Source of the DNA: Phycisphaerales bacterium
GTDB taxonomy: Bacteria > Planctomycetota > Phycisphaerae > Phycisphaerales > UBA1924
Length of the DNA: 64,000 nt
Assembly: GCA_965227775.1 (NCBI GenBank)
Contig: OZ245777.1
Span: 1,984,001 to 2,048,000, forward strand
Reading direction: 5' to 3'
The notes under the pieces were generated by a model, which was given only the letters and a program-made list of their open reading frames with translations, had not been told where the DNA came from and made no database searches. How positions within the stretch are numbered: position 1 is the first letter of the stretch; the number at the start of each line of letters is the position of its first letter. Below are positions 56,832-64,000 of the stretch, in pieces. The position numbers were made by a program, and so were the translations under genes.

Positions 56832-59354
56832 ATGAGTCGCAAATGGCAGCAGGTCAAGCGATGGGACGACGAGCACCTGACAGGAGTGCTGACGCCCGTT
56901 CGTCTAGTGCTGCGGCTCTTCAGCAGCGTGCTGTTCGGCGTGGGCTTGCTGGTGATTGTCGCGATCTACGGTGCGCTGGCGAGCCTCCCGGTTGGGCTGC
57001 TGGTCGATGGCCTGACGTGGGCGGTCTACGGGCTCACGCTGATTCTCGCGATGGCGCTCCTTGCTGCGCCGCTCATGGTGGGCACGAGGCTCGCCACGCG
57101 TGGTAGCGAACGCGGGTGGCGGTTCTTCTTTATGCTCTCGGCGCTGCTTGTCGGCTCCGGCATCGCGATGGTGGGGTGGTACCACCTCGCGTGGCCGATG
57201 CTCAGATACGAGCCGGCGACCGGCGAGGGCTTCCGCGTGCTCGGCTCGGTTTCGGACCAGTACGCCGACGTGACGGTGCGCCGCCTGCCGTTCTTCGAGA
57301 TGACCGAGCTTGAGTTCTACTCGTGGTGGCCGCTGCGGGTGGTGCTCGTGCTCTTCGTGCTGACGATGATCGTGAGCACGGTGCGGCGCATCGCCTTCAA
57401 CTTGCCAAACCTCGGCGTGCTGACGGTTCACACGGGCATCATCCTGCTCGGGCTTGGCAGCATCTACTACGGTTCGATGAAGCTCGAGGGTGATGTGCTG
57501 CTTCTCGCGGGCCCGACCGGTCGCGATGGCATGCCGTCCGATGGGCCGCCGCAGGCTGGGTTCTACGACCGGGGCCAGGTCGCGCTCTGGGTCAGCCAGG
57601 GCCGCGGTTGGGACCAGCGCTTGCTCAGCGGGGTACCGCGGTACAACGCGTACGACCTTCGCGCGGGTCTTGGCGAGAGTGCGCTCGAAACCGCGGAGGT
57701 CATCCGGCCGCTCGAGGTGCCGGATCGCACGCTGGATGTTGCCGTGCCGCAGACACTCACCGGCGTAAGCGATCCCGACGTGGGATTGCGCATCATTGGC
57801 TACGCGCCGTATGCCGATGCACGCACGGACTGGACGCCCGCGGCTGCAATTGATGCCGACGCCAATCCGGTGCACTTCGTCGAATTCTTCAGCGACGTGA
57901 CGCCTGAGGGCGAGCTGGTCCCGAGCGATCGCCCGCTGTTCCGCTTCTACTTCGTACCCAATCTTCCGCGGCTGCGAGTGTCGCAGCTGCCGTTCATCGC
58001 GATCGAGTATCGCAAGGGCCTCGATGAGCAAACCTGGAGAGAAGTGACCGCCCCCGCGCCGTCGGCCGCTCGCCATGCGCTAGCCATCACCATGCCGGGC
58101 GAGCAGACGCCGACGATCGTTCCGGTGACTGAAGGGTTGGCCTTCGAGTGGGGCGGGCTTGGCTTCGAGGTCGAGCAGCTGCTGCCCGAGCCGCCGTTCC
58201 CGATCATCACGCCGGGCTTTGAGGAATCGACCAGTAGCGTTGCGATCGTCAAGATCACCAGTAACGACGACGAGATCACGCGTTGGGTCTACAGCCGCTT
58301 CCCCGAGATCAGCCAGGACCTGCGTGAAGGAGAGCGGGAAGGGGATCAAGCCGACGGTCGCCCGAATCGTGAGAATGCCGACGACACGCTGGTCCGCGTG
58401 CGATACCTCGACCTCACGGGGCTGCACGTCATCTTCGACGACCGCGGCGATGGGCGCACTCGGGTGGCGATCCGCCAGCCGGGCAACACGGTGCGCGTGC
58501 TCGAAGACGCACCAATCGGCGAGCGATTCGAGATCGTCCAAGGCCTGGGCTTGCGACGGAGTGAGTCGTGGCCGCACGCGGTGGAGGTCGAGCGGCCGAT
58601 CCCGGTGCCCGAGATCGATCGAGAGGGAGAATTTATTGGCACGCACGATCGGGCGATGGTGGCCGTCGAGGTCTCGCTGGGCGACTGGTCCCGAGTCGTG
58701 TGGCTGCCGTTCATGAAGTACCTGAACGTCGGTCAGGAGGAAGCGACGCGCCTCGAGTTGCCCGACGGACGAAGCATCCGGCTGGCTTTCGCGCGTGCTC
58801 GACGTTCGCTGCCGGGATTCCAGATCCGCATGGTCGGTTTCGAGATGGTTGCGTACGACCACCGAGGCGCCCCGCGCGACTACCGGTCGACTATCCACGT
58901 GGAGCCAAGCGGGACGAATCAGTGGTTCGAGCCGTACACCCGCAAGACCCAATTGAATGCGCCCCTTCGCGCGCCGTTCGTATGGAGTGACGAGCGTGGC
59001 ATTGTTGCCAACGTGCTGGGATTCGTCGGGTCTCGGCTCGATCCGGCACAGTTCAAGTTCGCCCAGGCTGGGTGGGACGCCCAGGGCTGGGAGCGCACGC
59101 AGGCGCTGGCAGACGAGGGCGTGATTCCCGAGCCCTACGCCCAGTTCACGATCCTGCACGTGGGCAACAACCCAGGCATCCACGTGATTGCGCTCGGTGG
59201 TGTCTTGATGGGGGTCGGCGTGCCTTGGGCGTTCTATGTCAAGCCGTGGATGCTCAAGCGTCGCAAGGAGAAGCTGGCCGCCGAGCACGCGGCGCGCCGC
59301 CGTGAGAAGATTGAGCCGACGTTGGAGACGTCGCTGCAGAAGGAGACGGCATGA
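56832..59354 (+). CDS. ResB/Ccs1-like cytochrome c biogenesis membrane protein with large periplasmic domain
   Basis: N-terminal TMs, FYSWWP, GVLTVHTGII (conserved His), PRDYRS, LNAPL, NNPG plus C-terminal TM; coupled to ccsA. Confidence 0.75.
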   Translation: MSRKWQQVKRWDDEHLTGVLTPVRLVLRLFSSVLFGVGLLVIVAIYGALASLPVGLLVDGLTWAVYGLTLILAMALLAAPLMVGTRLATRGSERGWRFFFMLSALLVGSGIAMVGWYHLAWPMLRYEPATGEGFRVLGSVSDQYADVTVRRLPFFEMTELEFYSWWPLRVVLVLFVLTMIVSTVRRIAFNLPNLGVLTVHTGIILLGLGSIYYGSMKLEGDVLLLAGPTGRDGMPSDGPPQAGFYDRGQVALWVSQGRGWDQRLLSGVPRYNAYDLRAGLGESALETAEVIRPLEVPDRTLDVAVPQTLTGVSDPDVGLRIIGYAPYADARTDWTPAAAIDADANPVHFVEFFSDVTPEGELVPSDRPLFRFYFVPNLPRLRVSQLPFIAIEYRKGLDEQTWREVTAPAPSAARHALAITMPGEQTPTIVPVTEGLAFEWGGLGFEVEQLLPEPPFPIITPGFEESTSSVAIVKITSNDDEITRWVYSRFPEISQDLREGEREGDQADGRPNRENADDTLVRVRYLDLTGLHVIFDDRGDGRTRVAIRQPGNTVRVLEDAPIGERFEIVQGLGLRRSESWPHAVEVERPIPVPEIDREGEFIGTHDRAMVAVEVSLGDWSRVVWLPFMKYLNVGQEEATRLELPDGRSIRLAFARARRSLPGFQIRMVGFEMVAYDHRGAPRDYRSTIHVEPSGTNQWFEPYTRKTQLNAPLRAPFVWSDERGIVANVLGFVGSRLDPAQFKFAQAGWDAQGWERTQALADEGVIPEPYAQFTILHVGNNPGIHVIALGGVLMGVGVPWAFYVKPWMLKRRKEKLAAEHAARRREKIEPTLETSLQKETA

Positions 59355-61144
59355 CCCGCGTGGTCCTGGCAATCTTGGTTACGCTGCTCGTCACGTGCTC
59401 GGCCCTTGGGCAACTCGAGCCCGCGGGCAACCAGCATCCCGAGGCGAGCGCGGATGTCGATGCGCATGGCCACGATGCGCCGTTTGGTCAGCCGCTGAGC
59501 ATCCGTCAACGCGTCGACCGGACGCCGGAGGAAAAGGCCGCGTTCGCATCGGCGGTCAACCTCGGACCGCTCCGCGTGACGGCTGTGTTCCACAACGGCC
59601 GCGTCAAGATCCTCGACACGCTCGCGCTGGAGATGATGCGAACGCTGACCGGTCGCGAGCGGTTCGAGGACCTCGTGCTGGCCGATGGCGCAACACCGCT
59701 GTCTGCCGGGGAGGATCGGTACGCTCTTGCCGATCCTGAGCGATTCGACAAGGCACGGTTCGACCCGCTGTTCGTGCTGCTCGATCTTTCGATCGATCCC
59801 GTGCACTACGCGGACAGGCCCCTGATCGCGATCGACTACCTTCCGGTACGCGAGTACTTTCTCGACGCGGCATTCCCAAACGACCCCGACCGCCGCGACC
59901 TGTGGCTGCGAATGACACGCGTCAGCCCGATCATGGTGGAAACGCTCGCCCAGCCGATCTTCGAGCGTTACGGGCACCTTGAGCCAGTGCGTCGGTCGTT
60001 GGGCGAGGCCGACAACGCCCTTCGCGTGGCGGCCGGGGCTGGGGCGATGCTCCGTGTGGTCGCCCCAGAGACCAACGAGCAGCAGTGGGTGCACATCGAG
60101 GACCTGCCCGAGAGCCATCCGGCCCGTGTCGCGGCGATGGAGCTTGGTCGTGCGTGGCGCGATCTTGACGCGGACGCCGCCAATGCCGCCATCGCCGATC
60201 TTTCGCGCGAGCTTGCTGCGATCAATCCGCAGACGCACCCGGTGAGTCGCGCGCGGATGGAGCTGGCGTACAACAACGGCGACTTCTTCGACATCGGCAT
60301 GTGGGCCTATGGCCTGAGCTTCCTCGCGCTCGTGCTGGCGTTCGGCACCGGGCGACGCTGGCTCATCGGTGCGGGCGTGGGCCTCCTGGTCGGCGCTGTG
60401 CTGCTGCACGCGATCGGATTCACGCTGCGGTGCCTTGTGGCCGAGCGGTTCGCGATCCAGAATCAGTTCGAGTCAATGGTGGGATTGAGCCTGTTCGCGG
60501 CGGTCGTGGCCGTCGGGCTCATGCTCGTGAAGCGGCAGTGGCTGTTCGGCGCGGCGGCGGCGGGCGTTGGCTTCCTTGTGCTCATCGCGGCGACGCAGAC
60601 GGCGATCCCCGGTCAAACGATCGGCCGCGAGGCGGCCATCCTGAACACGAGCGTGCTCCTGAAGTACCACGTGACCATCGTGCTGGTGAGCTACGGGCTC
60701 ATTACGGTGGGCTTCCTGTGCAGTGTGTTCTACCTGCTCGTGTCGCTCATGAGCCGGCGTCAGTCAGCGCGCGAGGCGGTGGCGGTCGCACTCCACGGCG
60801 AGGCATCGGTCGCGAAGGACACGACGCTCGCGCGCACGCTCGACGACCTGGACAAGGCGCAGATGACCGCGCTGCAGCTTGCCTTCTGGACGCTCGGCGT
60901 TGGCATTCTGCTCGGCGCGTGGTGGGCCGATCACTCGTGGGGCCGCTGGTGGGCGTGGGACCCGAAGGAGACGTGGGCCCTCATTACGTGGATCGTGTAC
61001 CTCATCGTGATCCACGTCCGGCTGATCATGGGGCAGGGCAAGGCGCTGCTCACGGCGTGGCTGAGCGTGGCTGGCTTCGGCATCATGCTGTGGACGTACT
61101 TCGGCGTCAACCTGCTGCTGGCGGGGCTGCACGCGTACGCATGA
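59351..61144 (+). CDS. ccsA: Cytochrome c biogenesis protein CcsA/ResC (system II)
   Basis: WWD domain GAWWADHSWGRWWAWDPKETW, YHV, GVN..L.GLHAYA, N-terminal GRVKILDT. Confidence 0.92.
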   Translation: MTRVVLAILVTLLVTCSALGQLEPAGNQHPEASADVDAHGHDAPFGQPLSIRQRVDRTPEEKAAFASAVNLGPLRVTAVFHNGRVKILDTLALEMMRTLTGRERFEDLVLADGATPLSAGEDRYALADPERFDKARFDPLFVLLDLSIDPVHYADRPLIAIDYLPVREYFLDAAFPNDPDRRDLWLRMTRVSPIMVETLAQPIFERYGHLEPVRRSLGEADNALRVAAGAGAMLRVVAPETNEQQWVHIEDLPESHPARVAAMELGRAWRDLDADAANAAIADLSRELAAINPQTHPVSRARMELAYNNGDFFDIGMWAYGLSFLALVLAFGTGRRWLIGAGVGLLVGAVLLHAIGFTLRCLVAERFAIQNQFESMVGLSLFAAVVAVGLMLVKRQWLFGAAAAGVGFLVLIAATQTAIPGQTIGREAAILNTSVLLKYHVTIVLVSYGLITVGFLCSVFYLLVSLMSRRQSAREAVAVALHGEASVAKDTTLARTLDDLDKAQMTALQLAFWTLGVGILLGAWWADHSWGRWWAWDPKETWALITWIVYLIVIHVRLIMGQGKALLTAWLSVAGFGIMLWTYFGVNLLLAGLHAYA

Positions 61145-61154
61145 GTCTGATCGC

Positions 61155-61538
61155 TCAGCGAGTGCCAAGCACCACGCGGCCGACGACCAGATCCCGATTG
61201 ATCACGATCGGGCCGGTACCGTTGCGGCTGATCGTGAGCGTGCGCACGCCGGGGTCGAACGACTCGACGCGTCCGAGCCAGACAACGCCCGAAGCCTGGT
61301 GGTAGGCGATGATCTGCCCGGGCTTGTATCGCGAGCCCAGCTTGTAGACGAGGACGCGGCTATCGCGTGGGATCTCGGGCTCGATGGCGCCGGTCGGCAC
61401 GACGTACACCTGTGCGACGGAGCTGCGAACGCCGATGGTGAGCAGCAGCGCGATGGCGACGCCCCAGCCGGCCCGCTGGAAGCGGCGGGGCCAGCGGCTG
61501 GCGCGTGAGTGCGCCGTGTGTGCGACTTGCGATGGCAT
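61155..61538 (-). CDS. Signal-peptidase-I (S26)-fold protein lacking catalytic residues
   Basis: TM plus VRSSVAQVYVVPTGAIEPEIPRDSRVLVYK..PGQIIAY..WLGRV..LVVGRV aligns by eye to LepB boxes B, D and E. Confidence 0.65.
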   Translation of the reverse strand: MPSQVAHTAHSRASRWPRRFQRAGWGVAIALLLTIGVRSSVAQVYVVPTGAIEPEIPRDSRVLVYKLGSRYKPGQIIAYHQASGVVWLGRVESFDPGVRTLTISRNGTGPIVINRDLVVGRVVLGTR

Positions 61539-61656
61539 GGCGACATCCTTTCCGAGGACGCCCGTCCCCACGGGTGTGTATCGGAAGTACGGGTCGCTGG
61601 ACTCCGAGGTTCAGCGCCCCTGGCTGTCACGAGCTTGCTCGCCCGGCGGAAGTGCG

Positions 61657-64000
61657 TCAGAGCTCGGGGGCGAAGCCGCGCCGCATGGTGTTCTCGCAAC
61701 TCGCGCGGGGCTCGACGAACTGGAGCAGGTAGTCGACGCCGCCGGCCTTGCTGCCCACGCCCGACATGCCGAAGCCGCCGAAAGGCTGGCGGGCAACGAG
61801 GGCGCCGGTGATGCCCCGGTTGATGTAGAGGTTGCCCACGCGGAATTCGCGCTTGGCCTTCTCGATGTGCGTGGGCTTGCGGGTGAAGACGCCGCCGGTG
61901 AGCTTGTAGGGGTGGTCGTTGGCGATCTTCAGGGCCTCGTCGTAAGTCCTGGCGTGCATGATGGCGAGCACGGGGCCGAAGACTTCCTGGCGGGCGAGCG
62001 TCTTGTCGGGCGTGACGCCGCTGAAGATGTGGGGGGAGACGTAGGGCTTGCCGACGGACTGCTCGAGGCCTTCGGGGGCCTGCATTGCGAGTTCGAGGGT
62101 GAGGCCTTCGTTCTTTGCCGTGTCGATGTGCCGGCGCATGTTGCTGGCGGCTTCTTCGTCGATGACCGGGCCGACGTCTGTGCCGGGCCTGGTCGGGTCG
62201 CCGACGACCAGCGAGTTGGTGCTGGCGACGAGGCGGCGGATGAAGGTCTGCGTGTGCTCGCCCTGCGGCCCCTGCGGATCCACGATGATGCAACGGCTGC
62301 ACGCGCTGCACTTCTGGCCCTGGAAGCCGAACGAACTCAGGCGAACGCCGAGCACGGCCTCGTCCAGGTCGGCGCTGCTGTCGACGATGATGGCGTTCTT
62401 GCCGCCCATCTCGCAGACGACCTTCTTGACGTGCTGCTGCTCCTCGGGCGTGACGCCGGCGGCCTTGATGATGTCCAGGCCCACGGCCTTGCTGCCGGTG
62501 AAGCACAGCAGCGAGACGCGTGGGTCGCGGACGAGGGCGGCGCCGGTCGTTTCGCCGGGGGCGGGGCAGAAGTGGATGGCGTCGCCATGCGCGCTGCCGA
62601 ACTCAGCCTCGAGGGCTTGCTTCAGGATGTCGAAGCAGACCATGGCGATGGCGGGCGTCTGCTCGGCGGGCTTCAGGATCACCGTGTTGCCCGTGACGAG
62701 CGCGGCGGTGGTCATGCCGCAGGCGATGGCCAGGGGGAAGTTCCACGGGCTGATCACCACGGCGACGCCGCGGGGTTGGTACCAGGTCTCGTCGAGCTCG
62801 CCGATGAAGCGGCCGAGGCGGTGGCGATCGAACAGCGCGACGGCCTGGCGGGCGTAGTACTCGCAGAAGTCGATGGCCTCGGCCACGTCGGCGTCGGCGT
62901 TGCGCCAGTCCTTGCCATTCTCCTTGATGATGATGCCGGAGAGTTCGTCGCGGCGCTCGCGCATGGCCTTGGCGGCGCGCACGAGCACGGCGGCGCGCTT
63001 GCGCGGGTCGGCGTCGCGCCAGGCGGGGAAGGCACGCTCGGCCTTGGCGACCATCTCGGATGCCTGCTCGGGCGTGCGGTCGTTGGCGACGGTGGGGACG
63101 CTGGAAGCCTGCACGGCCTTGGCGAAGCGCTCGCGGACGTCCTCGCGTGAGAAATCGCGCAGCGGCTCGGTGGTGAAGGCCTTGCCGTCGCCGACGCCCG
63201 AGTCGGCTTCGCTCAGGTGGTGGCGTTCGGCAGCCATCTTGTAAAGGTCGTCGATGGCGGTCGGGTCGCCCGGACGCGGCGCGGGTCGGGCGAGCAGCAC
63301 CGCTTCATCGGCCTCGTCGAGGAAGCCGGCCTTGAGCCAGCTCTCGTTGCTCGTGTTCTCCAGCAGGCGGCGGACGAGGTAGGCCATGCCGGGGATCATC
63401 TCGCCGACGGGCACGTACTCGCGGATGCGCAGGCCCATGTCGCTCGAGGCGTGCTTGAGCTGGTCGGCCATGCCGTGGAGCATCTGGAGCTCGATGGCGG
63501 TGCGCGGCAGGCCCTTGGAATCGCTATAGGCCAGCGCGGCGGCGATGGACCGGACGTTGTGCGAGCCGAGCGCGAGCTTGACGCCGCCCGAGCCGCTGTC
63601 CAGGTGCGTGGGGCCCATGCCGCTGGCCTCGGGGGCGACGGGGCAGTGGTCGAGGAACACACGGCACATGTCCTCGAAGCACTTGTCGGTCTGCCACTTG
63701 GCATTCCAGACCGGGCAGGGCCAGCCCTCCTGCTCGGCGTGGATCGTCTCGCTGTCCCAGTAGGCACCCTTGACCAGCCGCACCGTGACGATGCGGCCGG
63801 TGCGCTGGGCCCACTCGCTGACGCGCTGCGCATCGGCGATGCCGCTCTTGAGGTACGCCTGCATGGCCAGGCCGGCGTGGAAATCGACCGCCTCGCAGCA
63901 CCTGAAGAACAGCTCGAGCGTGAGGTCCTTCAGCGCGAAGTGCTCCATGTCGAAGTTGACGAACACGCCCTTGTCGCGGGCGCGTTCCAGAATGGGCACG
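61657..64000 (-). CDS. putA: Bifunctional proline dehydrogenase / P5C dehydrogenase, 5' end outside window
   Basis: NFDME, VRLVKGAYWD, GSHN, YLVRRLLENTSN (PRODH); SPWNFP, FTGS, EMGGKN, FQGQKCSA, EVFGP, QPFGG (ALDH). Confidence 0.95.
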   Translation of the reverse strand, partial: VPILERARDKGVFVNFDMEHFALKDLTLELFFRCCEAVDFHAGLAMQAYLKSGIADAQRVSEWAQRTGRIVTVRLVKGAYWDSETIHAEQEGWPCPVWNAKWQTDKCFEDMCRVFLDHCPVAPEASGMGPTHLDSGSGGVKLALGSHNVRSIAAALAYSDSKGLPRTAIELQMLHGMADQLKHASSDMGLRIREYVPVGEMIPGMAYLVRRLLENTSNESWLKAGFLDEADEAVLLARPAPRPGDPTAIDDLYKMAAERHHLSEADSGVGDGKAFTTEPLRDFSREDVRERFAKAVQASSVPTVANDRTPEQASEMVAKAERAFPAWRDADPRKRAAVLVRAAKAMRERRDELSGIIIKENGKDWRNADADVAEAIDFCEYYARQAVALFDRHRLGRFIGELDETWYQPRGVAVVISPWNFPLAIACGMTTAALVTGNTVILKPAEQTPAIAMVCFDILKQALEAEFGSAHGDAIHFCPAPGETTGAALVRDPRVSLLCFTGSKAVGLDIIKAAGVTPEEQQHVKKVVCEMGGKNAIIVDSSADLDEAVLGVRLSSFGFQGQKCSACSRCIIVDPQGPQGEHTQTFIRRLVASTNSLVVGDPTRPGTDVGPVIDEEAASNMRRHIDTAKNEGLTLELAMQAPEGLEQSVGKPYVSPHIFSGVTPDKTLARQEVFGPVLAIMHARTYDEALKIANDHPYKLTGGVFTRKPTHIEKAKREFRVGNLYINRGITGALVARQPFGGFGMSGVGSKAGGVDYLLQFVEPRASCENTMRRGFAPEL

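Overview
GC-rich bacterial chromosomal segment, most likely a planctomycete of the Phycisphaerae/Phycisphaerales type. This is inferred from three proteins with C-terminal 'GC-type' dockerin repeats, a VPAP-type PEP-CTERM-like protein, a giant stand-alone secretin and many CxxCxY(D/E)xxG-x(n)-CPECG zinc-ribbon membrane proteins. Housekeeping content: xth (3' end), HAD hydrolase, SUI1/YciH, secretin, STAS plus RsbW-like pair, iscS-iscU-iscA, ACT protein, ald, trxB, a Gld-like ABC system, rho, coaE, 2-oxoacid dehydrogenase E1a/E1b/E2, acyl-CoA dehydrogenase, enoyl-CoA hydratase, OmpA/MotB lipoprotein, amidohydrolase, ResB/CcsA, and putA (truncated by the window edge). No rRNA, tRNA, CRISPR array, transposase, integrase or reverse transcriptase was recognised. 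The most unusual feature is an accessory locus at about 36.5-41.6 kb. It holds five paralogous membrane proteins with near-identical ends (N-terminal TM; C-terminal TM, Arg run and zinc ribbon) around a highly diverged centre. Each unit carries its own apparent leaderless promoter, and the two divergent central copies are interrupted (one in-frame TAG, one +1 frameshift). Ten zinc-ribbon membrane genes occur in the window overall, and a TANNNT-N5-7-ATG start signature marks most of them. All calls were made by eye from motifs; no database searches were run.
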